Notes: a model not told the origin generated them from the letters alone. A stretch of DNA of 64,000 nucleotides from an uncultured Gemmatimonadales bacterium (GCA_963771275.1 CAVYSW010000003.1:32001-96000); one strand, 5' to 3'; shown: positions 1 to 9,984, counted from the first letter of the stretch. Numbers and translations are program-made.

Positions 1-438
1 GCGAAGCTGGCGTATCAGGACCTGCTGGAAGCCCGCCAGTTCACCCTGTCGGTGCAGGTGCCCCTCTGGCAATGGGGAGCGCACGGCGAAGACGTCCGGG
101 CCGCAGAGGCCGAGCGGGACCGGACGGAGAGCCTGGCGCAGTCCACGCTGGAGCAGACCGCCCACGACGCGCACTACGCCGCGCTCCAGCTGTCCCAGGC
201 ACGCCGCAACGTCGAGCTCTCGGCCAAGGCGGACACGGTGGCGGGCAAGCGGTTCGAGGTCGCCTACAACCGCTACGTCATCGGACGCATCAGCATCGAC
301 AACCTCTACATCGCGCAGAACGAGAAGGACCAGGCGGTGTCGCAGTTCGTGCAGGCCCTGCGCGGCTACTGGCAGGCGTACTACCGGCTGCGGCGCGTGA
401 CGCTGTTCGACTTCGAGACTGGTGCGCCCATTCGCTGA
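1..438 (+). CDS. TolC-family outer-membrane efflux protein, C-terminal part (truncated by window start)
   Basis: Open frame from base 1. QVPLWQWG beta-strand followed by OEP helical repeats (RFEVAYNRYVIGRISIDNLYIAQNE...YWQAYYRLRRVTLFDF). Confidence 0.85.
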   Translation, partial: AKLAYQDLLEARQFTLSVQVPLWQWGAHGEDVRAAEAERDRTESLAQSTLEQTAHDAHYAALQLSQARRNVELSAKADTVAGKRFEVAYNRYVIGRISIDNLYIAQNEKDQAVSQFVQALRGYWQAYYRLRRVTLFDFETGAPIR

Positions 439-548
439 ACTGGGGGCCGGTGGCACTGCACGCGGCAGTGTGCGGCAGGAGGCTACAGTGGCACCAGGCG
501 CTGGTCTTCGACGCACGAGTCGAGCGCAGAGCGCACGGCCCTCCCCCG

Positions 549-1820
549 CTACTCCAGCCGATCCACCTTGCGGAGCGCCGGGAACAGCCGGGCCCAGAGC
601 CCGGTCACGCCCAGCGAGGCGACGCCGCCGAGCACGGCGGCGAGCACCGGCCCGAACACGCGTGCGGTGACGCCGCTCTCGAATTCTCCGAGCTCGTTGG
701 ACGCGCCGATGAACAGGAACGAGACCGCCGCGACGCGGCCTCGCATCGCATCGGGCGTCACGATCTGGATCAAGGTCTGGCGGATGTAGACCGAGACCAT
801 GTCGGCGCCCCCGAGCGCCGCGAGCGCGCCGAGCGAGAGCCAGTAGGAGCGCGACAGCGCGAACACGATGGTCGCCGCCCCGAAGATCGCCACCCCGGTG
901 AACATCGCGACGCCCGCCCGGTTGCGAACCGGCCGGCTGGCCAGCACCAGGGCCACCGCCGTCGCCCCGACGGCCGGCGCCGAGCGCAGCACCCCGAAGC
1001 CCTCCGCGCCCACCCCGAGCACGTCGCGGGCAAACACCGGCAGCAGCGCGGTGACGCCGCCCAGCAGGACCGCGAACAGGTCGAGCGAGATCGCGCCGAG
1101 GATGATCTTGCTGTTCCAGATGTAGGCGAGCCCCTCCTGCACCAGCGCGAGGCGCGAGCCGGGTTTGGCGTCCGGCGTGGTGGGGCGCGTGATGCATGCG
1201 AGTCCCGCCACCGCCGCGAAATAGAGCGCGAGCGAGACGCCGTAGGCGTGGGCCGACGACCACCGGCCGACGATCAGGCCGGCGAGCGCCGGCCCGGTGA
1301 TCGTGCCGAGCTGGAAGGCCAGCGAGTTCCACGCAATCGCCCGCGGCAGCAACGCCTTGGGCACCAGCATCGGCGCGAGCGCCACCCCCGCGGGCGCGCG
1401 GAACGCGCGGGCAATCCCGAACCCGAACGCGATGCCGATCAGGACGTGGACCGAGAGGACACCGAGTGCGGCGGCACCCATCAGCGCCCCGGCGCACACG
1501 GCCTCGGCGAGGAAACAGCTGATCAGGATCGTCTTCCGGGCGTACCGGTCGGCCACGACGCCTGCGGGCAGCGCGAGGAAGAACAGCGGCAGGAACGTCG
1601 CGAGGCCGAGGAGTCCCACGTACAGCGCCGACACGGCGACGCCGCTGCGCGCGCGCGCCAGGTCGTACACGTGCCAGCCCATCGTGACGCTCTGGGCAAC
1701 CGTCCCCAGCACCCCGAACGCCCGCGCGCTCAGAAAGACGATGTAGTCGCGCTCCCGGAACAGCGCGCGGCCACTCGCTAACTGGAGCCCGGTCACCCTG
1801 CGCTTGGCGCCCTCACCCAA
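549..1820 (-). CDS. MFS transporter (MFS_3 / EntS-like)
   Basis: About 12 hydrophobic segments; motifs PAGVVADRYARK and PDAMRGRV. Start uncertain (TTG 1820 or a downstream GTG). Confidence 0.9.
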   Translation of the reverse strand: MGEGAKRRVTGLQLASGRALFRERDYIVFLSARAFGVLGTVAQSVTMGWHVYDLARARSGVAVSALYVGLLGLATFLPLFFLALPAGVVADRYARKTILISCFLAEAVCAGALMGAAALGVLSVHVLIGIAFGFGIARAFRAPAGVALAPMLVPKALLPRAIAWNSLAFQLGTITGPALAGLIVGRWSSAHAYGVSLALYFAAVAGLACITRPTTPDAKPGSRLALVQEGLAYIWNSKIILGAISLDLFAVLLGGVTALLPVFARDVLGVGAEGFGVLRSAPAVGATAVALVLASRPVRNRAGVAMFTGVAIFGAATIVFALSRSYWLSLGALAALGGADMVSVYIRQTLIQIVTPDAMRGRVAAVSFLFIGASNELGEFESGVTARVFGPVLAAVLGGVASLGVTGLWARLFPALRKVDRLE

Positions 1821-1827
1821 GCTGCAG

Positions 1828-3993
1828 TCACCGCCCCGGCCGGTATTCCCGCTCGATGTGCCCCGCGAGCTGCGAGCGGTAGAAGTACACCGCCCGGAGA
1901 TCGCCCGTGCTGTACCGCACCGCCTCGTCGTTGAAATGGGGAGATGCGGGATGCCCGCTCTCGCCGCCGGCGGTCACCGCGATGGCCCGGACGCTGTCGC
2001 CGAACTCGACCACCGCCACGAAGCTGTTCCCGCTGGTGCCGTACCATTTCCGGGTGCCCAGGTACGCGCGCGCCCCGAACGAGGCGAGTGAGCCCCATCG
2101 GGAAGACGTGAAGCCCACGGGGATGCTTGGGCCCGAGTCGCTGAACGGCTGGACGATGTCGCCGGTGAGCCGCTGGAATCGGTTGATGTCTCCCCACGGC
2201 GTCTGCCAGCCGCCGAAATCGGCCGTGAGTGTGTCGACCGCCGCCGCCAGCGCCGGGAGCAGCTGCTCCGCCCCACCGCCACCGGCGACGTAGTCCTCGA
2301 GCGTCATCCCGGCGGTCCGCGCGTCGCGCCCCACCCGTCGCCCGACCTCCTCACCCCAGAACACGGCGAGCGCCGTGGGAATGGACGCCACGCCCCAGCG
2401 GTAGTCCCAACCACGCAGCGTCCCGATCTGCTCGGCCAGCGTCGCCTTGAGCGGATTGCCGGCCGGCGCCCGGTCGTGCGCCGTGATCAACGGCGGGATC
2501 ATCTTCGCGAACGCCGGGAGGTAGCTGTCGTACGCGGCGTCCCTGAGCGACGTCAGCGTAAAGTCCTTCTTGTTCTCCAGCACCCGGATTGCGTGGAGCC
2601 CGCGCGCGGACTCGCTGGTCCCGGTTTCCACGTAGGCCGGAAAGTCCCCCCGCTTCGGACTGTTCGGCCCCGCCGCCGACCACGGCCAGTTGTTGGAGTT
2701 GTAGAGCCAGCCGTTCGGCGGGTTGAGCAGGTGCGGCGTCTCGTCCACCGACAGCACGCCGTGCCACGCCGTCGCCGTGTCGCTGCCGTCCACCGGTCTG
2801 GTCCAGTCGAACCGGGTGCTGCGCCCCGGAATGAAATTGGAATGGAAGTAGGCGATGTCGCCGTCGGCGTCGGCGAAGATCGTGTTATTGGACGAGTTGG
2901 TGTGCAGCTCCATCGTCTGGCGGAACTCCTGGAGGCTCCGCGCCTTGGTGCGCGTGTACGACTGCATCAGCGCGTGGAGCGGATCCTGCATGAGGGCGAC
3001 GCTCACCCACTTGCCGTCCGCTGCGCGCACGATCGGCCCGTGTTGCGTGCGGTAGACCGTGAACGTCCGCTCGGCCAGCCCGGTGTCGGTTTTGTACGGC
3101 ACCGTGATCCGGCTCACCGTCATCGGGCGCAGCTCGCCCCCGTAACGGTAGAACACGCTGTCGCCGTGCCGGACGATCGTCTCGAGGAATTCGTCGATAT
3201 TGTCGACGCCGCTGGACGTGTGCATCCATCCCGCGCGCTCGTTGAAGCCCTGGTAGACGAAGAACTGGCCCCACGTCACCGCGCCGTAGGCGTTCAGGCC
3301 CTCGTCGCTCGTCACCTGCACTTCGGCCCGGAAGAAGAACGAGGTGTGCGGGTTGATCAGCAGGAGGGCATGGTGGTCGACCGTGTTCGACGGCGCGATG
3401 GCGACGCCGTTCGAGCCCGTGGGCTCCGCGAAACCCGTGCGCTCCGCGGCGCGCATCGGCCGCTCGGCGCTGTCCCCATAGAACGCCTGGAGCTGCCGCA
3501 CGTTCACCCGCTCGATGTCCCCACCGATGCTGCCTTCGCTGAAGCTCAGCGCCATCCAGGGCTCGAAGTGCGTGATGACCTTCGGCGTCACCTCGGGATG
3601 CCTGGCGAGGTAGTAGTTCAGGCCGTCGGCAAACGCGTTCATCAGCGCCTTGAGCCAGTCCGGACTCGCCGCGTACTGCCGCTGCAGCTCCGCCGGATCG
3701 ATGAACAGCTTCATCCGCAGGTCCTGATACAGTGCGGGCTCGCCTGCGGTCTCCGCCAGGCGGCCCAGGGCGTTGAGGTAGTTCATCTCCACCCGGTTGA
3801 AGTCGTCTTCGGCCTGGGCGTACATCAGGCCGAACACCGCATCGGCATCGGTCTTCCCGGAGACGTGGGGGATGCCCCAGTCGTCCCGCGTGATCGTGAC
3901 GTTCTGCGCCTGCCGCTCCCAGCGCGCGATGTCGGCGTTTCCGGGAGCGCATGCCACGCATCCCAGGGCGACGACGAGCCAGAGCCTGTTCAT
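1828..3993 (-). CDS. Penicillin acylase family (Ntn-hydrolase) lipoprotein
   Basis: ITRDDWGIPHV, beta-chain nucleophile GSNGVAIAP, LLINPH. ATG 3993 with GAGGA RBS and a signal peptide with VAC lipobox. The track ORF extension to 6705 is shadow sequence. Confidence 0.93.
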   Translation of the reverse strand: MNRLWLVVALGCVACAPGNADIARWERQAQNVTITRDDWGIPHVSGKTDADAVFGLMYAQAEDDFNRVEMNYLNALGRLAETAGEPALYQDLRMKLFIDPAELQRQYAASPDWLKALMNAFADGLNYYLARHPEVTPKVITHFEPWMALSFSEGSIGGDIERVNVRQLQAFYGDSAERPMRAAERTGFAEPTGSNGVAIAPSNTVDHHALLLINPHTSFFFRAEVQVTSDEGLNAYGAVTWGQFFVYQGFNERAGWMHTSSGVDNIDEFLETIVRHGDSVFYRYGGELRPMTVSRITVPYKTDTGLAERTFTVYRTQHGPIVRAADGKWVSVALMQDPLHALMQSYTRTKARSLQEFRQTMELHTNSSNNTIFADADGDIAYFHSNFIPGRSTRFDWTRPVDGSDTATAWHGVLSVDETPHLLNPPNGWLYNSNNWPWSAAGPNSPKRGDFPAYVETGTSESARGLHAIRVLENKKDFTLTSLRDAAYDSYLPAFAKMIPPLITAHDRAPAGNPLKATLAEQIGTLRGWDYRWGVASIPTALAVFWGEEVGRRVGRDARTAGMTLEDYVAGGGGAEQLLPALAAAVDTLTADFGGWQTPWGDINRFQRLTGDIVQPFSDSGPSIPVGFTSSRWGSLASFGARAYLGTRKWYGTSGNSFVAVVEFGDSVRAIAVTAGGESGHPASPHFNDEAVRYSTGDLRAVYFYRSQLAGHIEREYRPGR

Positions 3994-4167
3994 GAGCAGT
4001 CTGTCCTCGAAGGGGGTTCGCGATCCGACGCCACGCTCCGCGAGCAATTCTACGTCGATCTCCCCCGCGGCGTCTAGCGCGGCCCGCGCATTCGTCATAC
4101 CTTCGGCGCGACGCGCCCCTGCGCGCGGCAGGCGCGCCGCCCTCAGCCACTCTCCAGGAGGTACTCC

Positions 4168-4602
4168 ATGCGTCGAGCGTTGCTTCTCATCCCACTGGTG
4201 GTTGCCTGTTCCCGGTCCCAGCAGACCCAAGGCAATGCCGCCGCGGCGGGTCCGATGGCCCTCACCGAAGCCGACATCGCGGGGACGTGGATGGGGACGT
4301 CCATGGCCGAGGGCTCCGATTCCGTCGTCGCCCGGTGGACGGAGGTGTGCGCCAATGGAGCGTGCACCGGGACGACGGAGGGGTCGCCTGACACGAGTCG
4401 GTCCACGTACACGCTGTCCGGCGACAGCGCCGTGGGGAGGTCCACGCCGTTTGCCAGCACGGCGGCGGGCGGAGCCAGGGTGATCGACACGTGGACGGTC
4501 CGTCTGCGTGACGGCAAGGTGGTCGGCACTGGAGCGTTGATGCTGGCCGACAAGCCGGACTCCGTGCTGATGCGGTATCACTTCGAGGGGAGCCGGATGT
4601 AG
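4168..4602 (+). CDS. Hypothetical lipoprotein (beta-rich)
   Basis: AGGAGG RBS, signal peptide with lipobox (LVVAC), ADIAGTW lipocalin-like start. Confidence 0.75.
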   Translation: MRRALLLIPLVVACSRSQQTQGNAAAAGPMALTEADIAGTWMGTSMAEGSDSVVARWTEVCANGACTGTTEGSPDTSRSTYTLSGDSAVGRSTPFASTAAGGARVIDTWTVRLRDGKVVGTGALMLADKPDSVLMRYHFEGSRM

Positions 4603-4698
4603 TGTTCGACGGCTGGAGGTGGGGATCGGCGCCTGAACCCGATCACCACTCTCCCGCCCCCATGGTCGACCGCACCTCCACCCACCAGGACGGCTGTC

Positions 4699-6684
4699 AT
4701 GCGCCCGTTGCGATTCCTCCTGCTGCTCGCGCTGCCCGTCGCACTCTCGGCCCAGCAGCGCGCCATCACGTTCGACGACCTCCTCGGCCTGCCGGTGGTG
4801 TCCGACCCGCAGCTCGCGCCCGATGGCCAATCGGTGGCCTACACGATCACGACCGCGTCGCTCAAGGACAACCGCGCGGCGGCGCGCGTGTGGCTGGCAA
4901 GCGTCGCGACGGGCGAGACGCGCCAGCTCACCCAGGGTCCGGGCTCGGACCGGTCCCCGCGCTGGGCGCCCGACGGGAAGAGCCTGGCGTTTCTCTCGAG
5001 CCGCGAGGGTGGCTCGCAGATCTGGGTGCTGACGCTCGCGGGCGGCGAAGCCCGCAAGGTCACGAGCATCCCGGACGGCGTGAACGAGTTCCTCTGGACA
5101 CCCGACGGGCGGGGGTTCCTGGCAGTGGTCGATCTCAAGTGGCCGGTCGAGCAGGAGATCGACCGCCGCAACGGCGACTACCCCACCGACGCGCGCATCT
5201 GGACGGAGCTGCTGTACCGCCACTGGGACGAATGGCGCGCCGGCCGGCGGCAGCACGTCTTCGCGGTGGCCCTGGCCGGCGGGACGGCCAAGGACCTGAC
5301 GCCGGTGGACCACGACGTGCCCACCATCACCACGACGGGCGCGGGCGACCTCGCGGTCTCCCCCGACGGCCGCCAGATCGCGGTCGCAATGCACGGCGAC
5401 GACATCGTGGCGACCAACACCAACGTCGACATCTTCGTGTTCGGCGCCGATGGCGGCCCGATGCAGAACCTCACCGCGGCCGCGCGGGGCGCCGAGAACA
5501 CGCCGCGCTACTCGCCCGACGGCAAGTGGCTGTCGTACCTGTCGATGGCGCGGCCCGGGTTCGAGGCCGACCGGCTGCGGCTCATGCTGCGCGACCGGAG
5601 CGACGGGACCGTCAGGGAAGCGACGGCGGGTTGGGACCTGTCGGTCGGCGCGTACGCATGGTGTCCCGACTCCAAGTGCCTCTACGCGGTGGTCGAGGAG
5701 CGCGGCCGGGACAACATCTATCGGCTGGACCTGCCTTCGTTCCGGCGGACGCTGGTCGTGACCCAGGGTGTCAACGCGAGCCCGAGCGTCGGGCCGGACG
5801 GCCGCACCCTGGTCTACCTTCACCAGAGCGACACGCAGCCCGCCGAGGTCTGGGTCGGCGACAAGGCGCTGACCCACCACACCGACGCGATGGTGGCGGA
5901 ACTCGATCTCCCCCCGCTCGAGCCGTTCGGCTTCGTGGGCGCCCTGGGCGATTCGGTGTTCGGCTGGCTCCAGAAGCCCCCCGGCTTCGACCCGGGCAGG
6001 AAGTACCCCGTCGTCTACCTGCTGCACGGCGGACCGCAGACCGGGTGGCTCGATCTGTGGCACGCGCGCTGGAACTACCAGCTGTTCGCCGCGCGCGGCT
6101 ACGTGGTGGCGGCCGTCAATCGCCACGGCTCGACCGGGTACGGCCAGAAGTTCACCGACGCCGTCTCGCAGCACTGGGGTGAGGCGCCCTACCAGGACCT
6201 GATGAAGGGGCTCGATGTGGTGCTGCGGCAGCCGTACGTGGACACGGCCCGTGTCTGCGCGGCGGGCGCGAGCTACGGCGGCTACATGATCTACTGGGTC
6301 GCCGGGCACACCGATCGCTTCAAGTGCCTCGTGGCCCACGACGGCGTGTTCAATACGGTCAGCATGGCCGGCTCCACGGAGGAGCTGTGGTTCGTGAACT
6401 GGGATTTCGGCGGGACGCCGTACGCCAACCGCGCGCTGTACGAGAAGTGGTCGCCGCTCAACTTCGTGCAGCACTGGAAGACGCCGATGCTGATCGTGCA
6501 CTCCCAGCTCGACTTCCGGGTGGACCTGTCGGAGGGCTACCAGGCGTTCACCGCGCTGCGGCAGATGGGCGTCCCGGCCAAGTTCCTGTACTTCCCGGAC
6601 GAGGGGCACTGGGTGCTGAAGCCGCGAAACCGGCGCATCTGGTGGGGGACGGTGCTCGATTGGCTGGACCAGTATCTGAAATGA
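4699..6684 (+). CDS. S9 family serine peptidase (dipeptidyl/acylaminoacyl peptidase) with PD40 propeller
   Basis: Signal peptide, PD40 repeats (WAPDGK, YSPDGK), HGGP, catalytic GASYGG / QLDFRV / DEGHW. Confidence 0.95.
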   Translation: MRPLRFLLLLALPVALSAQQRAITFDDLLGLPVVSDPQLAPDGQSVAYTITTASLKDNRAAARVWLASVATGETRQLTQGPGSDRSPRWAPDGKSLAFLSSREGGSQIWVLTLAGGEARKVTSIPDGVNEFLWTPDGRGFLAVVDLKWPVEQEIDRRNGDYPTDARIWTELLYRHWDEWRAGRRQHVFAVALAGGTAKDLTPVDHDVPTITTTGAGDLAVSPDGRQIAVAMHGDDIVATNTNVDIFVFGADGGPMQNLTAAARGAENTPRYSPDGKWLSYLSMARPGFEADRLRLMLRDRSDGTVREATAGWDLSVGAYAWCPDSKCLYAVVEERGRDNIYRLDLPSFRRTLVVTQGVNASPSVGPDGRTLVYLHQSDTQPAEVWVGDKALTHHTDAMVAELDLPPLEPFGFVGALGDSVFGWLQKPPGFDPGRKYPVVYLLHGGPQTGWLDLWHARWNYQLFAARGYVVAAVNRHGSTGYGQKFTDAVSQHWGEAPYQDLMKGLDVVLRQPYVDTARVCAAGASYGGYMIYWVAGHTDRFKCLVAHDGVFNTVSMAGSTEELWFVNWDFGGTPYANRALYEKWSPLNFVQHWKTPMLIVHSQLDFRVDLSEGYQAFTALRQMGVPAKFLYFPDEGHWVLKPRNRRIWWGTVLDWLDQYLK

Positions 6685-7274
6685 CCGGGCCGGCCCCCGC
6701 CGCACCCCGGGCCTTCCGGAGCGCAGCCGCGTTCCGCGCCTGGCTCGTGAAGCACCACGCGACGGCGCAGGAGCTGGTGGTGCGCTGCCACAAGACCCAC
6801 GCGGCCTCTCGGGGCATCACCTACGCGCAGGCCCTCGACGAAGCGCTGTGCTTCGGGTGGATCGACGGGGTTCGCCGCGGTGTCGACGGCGACACATTCT
6901 CCACCCGCTTCACGCCGCGGAAGCCGCGCAGCACGTGGAGCCGGGTGAACGTCGCGCACGTGGAGCGCCTGATCCGGGAGGGACGCATGGCGCAGCCGGG
7001 GCTTGCCGCGTTCGCCGCGCGGGACGAGGGCCGTACCGGCGTCTACTCCTTCGAGCGACCCCCGGCAAAGCTGAGCCCGGCGTACGCCCGGGAATTCCGG
7101 GCGAATGCGGCGGCCTGGGCGTACTTCCAGAAACGGCCGCCGTGGTATCGCCGGACGAGCACCTACTGGGTCATGAGCGCCAAGCGCGAAGCGACGCGCG
7201 CCAAGCGGCTCGCGAGCCTGATCGCCGATTCCGCGCGGCGCACGCCGATTCCCCCGCTGGCCCGGAACCCGTAG
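6681..7274 (+). CDS. YdeI/OmpD-associated family protein
   Basis: FRAWL..HH, ALDEALCFGWIDG, RFTPRKPRSTWSRVN, WVMSAKREATR. ATGA overlap with the peptidase stop. Confidence 0.9.
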   Translation: MTGPAPAAPRAFRSAAAFRAWLVKHHATAQELVVRCHKTHAASRGITYAQALDEALCFGWIDGVRRGVDGDTFSTRFTPRKPRSTWSRVNVAHVERLIREGRMAQPGLAAFAARDEGRTGVYSFERPPAKLSPAYAREFRANAAAWAYFQKRPPWYRRTSTYWVMSAKREATRAKRLASLIADSARRTPIPPLARNP

Positions 7275-7292
7275 GAGACCGCCGCGGCGCGG

Positions 7293-7769
7293 ATGTCACG
7301 ACGAACGATGCGAGAGATTGTCGGCGCGCTCGCCGCCGTCGCGGCGCTCGGCGTCACCGCATGCCGCCCCGCGGCGCGCGGCGGCGGCGCCGTGGCCGGG
7401 AGCGTCACGATCAGCCACGCCGTGGTCTCCGCGCCGGCCGGGCCGATGGAAGCCCCGGCGTTCCTTCTGCTCGCCAACCGCGCCCGCGCGGCCGACACGC
7501 TGGTCGCGGTCGACTCGCCCGACGCGGACTCCGTGTCCCTGCACACCGTCACCGCGGGGCGCATGCTGCCGGTATCCGGGATCGCCGTTCCCGCCGGGGG
7601 CCGCGTGCGCCTCGCACCCGGCGAGTATCACCTGATGCTCCGTGGTCTGCGCCGACCGCTCGTGGTGGGCGATACGGTCACGCTCGAGCTCCGGTTCGCC
7701 GTGGCGGGACCCGTGCAGGTCCGCGCTCCGGTGCTGCGCTACACGGAGGCGGTCAGCGAGGTGCGGTAA
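7293..7769 (+). CDS. Periplasmic copper chaperone PCu(A)C, lipoprotein
   Basis: Lipobox VTAC; H-x6-M-x21-H-x-M motif (SLHTVTAGRM...GEYHLML); GDTVTLELRF. Alternative start 7308. Confidence 0.88.
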   Translation: MSRRTMREIVGALAAVAALGVTACRPAARGGGAVAGSVTISHAVVSAPAGPMEAPAFLLLANRARAADTLVAVDSPDADSVSLHTVTAGRMLPVSGIAVPAGGRVRLAPGEYHLMLRGLRRPLVVGDTVTLELRFAVAGPVQVRAPVLRYTEAVSEVR

Positions 7770-8021
7770 CCTCGAGCGGCGCGCAAACCTGCCATGCTCG
7801 GCGAGAGCGCCGCGTGACCCGGCAGGCGGGTGAGGCGGATGGCGTCCGCGTCTTCACGATGGGCGGAGCTGCGCCGAACCGGCCGCGGCCTGTACGTGGC
7901 CTGGCGATTCTCCGTGAAGCAGGCGACGGCGCGCTTGCGCCCCAACGGCAGGCCTGGCAGCTTGTGCCCGCCGGCAGCGAACCCCGCCGGGTCTTTCAGC
8001 GATTGCCTTCGAGAGGATCCC

Positions 8022-8513
8022 GTGCATCTGCTGCTCAGCCTGCTCCTGCTCGCCGCGCCGCCGCCGGGCGCGGCGCCCGCACCGGACTCGCTCCTCATCG
8101 ACGTGGCGGGCCGGACCACCGTGCTGCGCGCCGCCGATTTCGCGGCCCTGCCGCATGACACCGTGCGCGCGAGGTTCCACGACGGGCCCACGCTGACGTA
8201 CACCGGCGTGCCGCTCGTCAGCGTGCTGCGCCTCGCCGGCGTCCCAATCGACAGCCTGCACGGCCCCCAGCTGGTCCGGCGCCTGCTGGCCGAGGCGGCC
8301 GACGGCTATCGCGCCCTGTTCAGCCTGGTCGAGCTGGCGCCCGGTCTCGGCGACCGGGTCGTCATCGTCGCCGATCGGCTCGATGGGCGGCCGCTCCCCG
8401 CCACGGAAGGCCCCTGGCGCCTGCTCGTCCCCGGCGACGGCGGGCACGCCCGCTGGGTGCGCCAGGTGGTCGCGCTCAGGATTCTCGACGAGGGGCGGTC
8501 GCCCGGGAGGTGA
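8022..8513 (+). CDS. Secreted molybdopterin-oxidoreductase-like (Oxidored_molyb domain) protein
   Basis: GTG with GAGAGG RBS and signal peptide; YTGVPL, AADGY..LFSL.EL, GPWRLLVPGD, RWVRQV. Confidence 0.8.
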   Translation: MHLLLSLLLLAAPPPGAAPAPDSLLIDVAGRTTVLRAADFAALPHDTVRARFHDGPTLTYTGVPLVSVLRLAGVPIDSLHGPQLVRRLLAEAADGYRALFSLVELAPGLGDRVVIVADRLDGRPLPATEGPWRLLVPGDGGHARWVRQVVALRILDEGRSPGR

Positions 8514-8836
8514 CGCCGATGATCAGTCGCATCTGGCATGGCTGGACGAGCCGCGACAAGGCCGATGCCTACGAGCGGTTGCTGCGCTCCGAGATCGTCG
8601 GCGGCATTACGGCACGCCGCATCGAGGGCTTTCTGGGCATCGATCTGCTGCGACGCGAGCACGGCAACGCGGTCGAGTTCGTCACCGTGATGTGGTTTGC
8701 ATCGCTCGACGCGGTTCGCGCCTTCGCCGGGTCCGACTACGAGGCGGCGGTGGTGCCGCCCGCGGCGCGCGCGTTGCTCCAGCGCTTCGACGCCCGCTGC
8801 GCGCATTACGCCGTGCTGGAGCGCCGGTCGCCATGA
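8510..8836 (+). CDS. Antibiotic-biosynthesis-monooxygenase (dimeric alpha-beta barrel) protein
   Basis: MISRIWHGWT..ADAYE, EFVTVMWFASLDAVRAFAG.DYE.AVVP; GTGA overlap with the upstream gene. Confidence 0.88.
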   Translation: MTPMISRIWHGWTSRDKADAYERLLRSEIVGGITARRIEGFLGIDLLRREHGNAVEFVTVMWFASLDAVRAFAGSDYEAAVVPPAARALLQRFDARCAHYAVLERRSP

Positions 8837-9137
8837 GCCGTCTGCCCGGGAAGTGGGGGGCAGCGCGCCGCCGCGCCAGCAGGTCCAGGTGTGGCGGGGC
8901 GGCAAGGCCCAGCGGCTGCACGCGGTGGTCGTCACCGCGGACAGCGTCACGGGCATTCCCTATCTCCGGCCGGTGACGTGCGACAGCTGCCGGATCGGCC
9001 TGCCGCGGGCGGAGGCCGACTCGATCCGGCTGGGCAACCCCGTCGCCGGATTCTGGAAGAGCGTCGGGCTGGTGGTGGGGATCCCCACCGCCATACTCAT
9101 CGTGGTCTGCTGGTCAGGCTGTTTCCCCAGCACGTAA
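8833..9137 (+). pseudogene. Hypothetical membrane protein with damaged or truncated N-terminus
   Basis: Protein-like frame (RQQVQVWRGG...TCDSCRIGLPR...C-terminal TM) ends at 9137. The ATG at 8833 coupled to the previous stop is out of frame; only a GTG at 8853 is in frame. Confidence 0.5.
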
Positions 9138-9542
9138 CCCGACCGCCGCGTCGCCCACCTGCACGTGGATCTCCGGCGTGTGGGTGAGCGTGTGGTGCAC
9201 GGTACAGCTCTCGGCGGCGCGGACCAGGGCCTCGCGGTACTTGTCCGGCACGTCGACCGGAATGCGCACCGCCACCTCGAACCGGCCAATCCGGTTCGGG
9301 TTCGCCGCCCCCAGCGCTCTGACCTCGACGGTCATCCCCGCGGCATCGAGCCCGCGCGTGGTCAGAAACCGCTGCACGTACAGGGCGACGCAGGTGCCGA
9401 GTCCCGCCGGAATGAGCTCGAGCGGCATGGGCGCGCTGTCGTCCCCGCCTCCCTTGGGCGGCTGGTCCACGGTGACCTTGTGGCCGCGAATGTCGGCCGT
9501 GAACCGGGCGCCGCCGTCCCAGGTAACGACGATGGGTTGCAT
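9114..9542 (-). CDS. OsmC/Ohr family protein
   Basis: DQPPKGGGDDSAPMPLEL...LGTC and AAESCTVHHTL (two conserved Cys); TGATG coupling to thioredoxin. Confidence 0.9.
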   Translation of the reverse strand: MQPIVVTWDGGARFTADIRGHKVTVDQPPKGGGDDSAPMPLELIPAGLGTCVALYVQRFLTTRGLDAAGMTVEVRALGAANPNRIGRFEVAVRIPVDVPDKYREALVRAAESCTVHHTLTHTPEIHVQVGDAAVGLRAGETA

Positions 9543-9889
9543 CAGCGCTCCCCCGCCGGCGTTCCGGTCAGGTGCTTGTCGAGCATCTCGTGAAACAACG
9601 GCTGGGGCGCGGCACCCAGCACGCCGTCCACGATCTCCCCGCCGTTGAACAGCGCGATCGTCGGGATCGACCGGATGCCGTAGCGCTCGGCCGTCTCCGG
9701 GTTCTCGTCCACGTTGACCTTCAACACGCTCACCCGACCGTCGTATTGCTCGGCGACCTTCTCCAGCACCGGTGCCACCACGCGGCACGGCCCGCACCAC
9801 GGCGCCCAGAAGTCCACGAGGACCGGCCCCGGGGCGTCGAGCACGTCCTGCTGGAACGTCGCGTCGGTTGCATGCTTCACTGTCGACAT
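9542..9889 (-). CDS. trxA: Thioredoxin
   Basis: VLVDFWAPWCGPC active site, YGIRSIPT, AGGAGGAG RBS. Confidence 0.95.
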   Translation of the reverse strand: MSTVKHATDATFQQDVLDAPGPVLVDFWAPWCGPCRVVAPVLEKVAEQYDGRVSVLKVNVDENPETAERYGIRSIPTIALFNGGEIVDGVLGAAPQPLFHEMLDKHLTGTPAGER

Positions 9890-9954
9890 CGTCTCCTCCT
9901 GGGCCAGGGCCCGCCGCAGGCCGGGGCATCCGGGCGGCGCGGGCGGCATGAGTG

Positions 9955-9984
9955 AATATTTACATAGCTATAATAATATGTCAA
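9955..9984 (-). promoter_or_regulatory. Promoter of trxA-osmC with overlapping AT-rich palindromic operator
   Basis: TTGACA (9984-9979, minus), 18-nt spacer, AATATT. Inverted repeat ACATA-N10-TATGT at 9962-9981 in a short AT-rich island. Confidence 0.65.

Noticed and set aside
439..548. GC-rich hairpins between the convergent tolC and MFS genes
   Set aside because: Stems of this length are expected at this GC content; no tRNA/ncRNA signature or second copy seen.
3994..6705. Upstream part of the 1625-aa minus-strand ORF
   Set aside because: Antisense shadow of the S9 peptidase and lipoprotein genes; the acylase starts at 3993 with an RBS and signal peptide.
7770..8021. Possible Moco or cobalamin riboswitch upstream of the Moco-domain gene
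   Set aside because: I could not find the conserved core sequences of either motif; an Infernal scan is needed.
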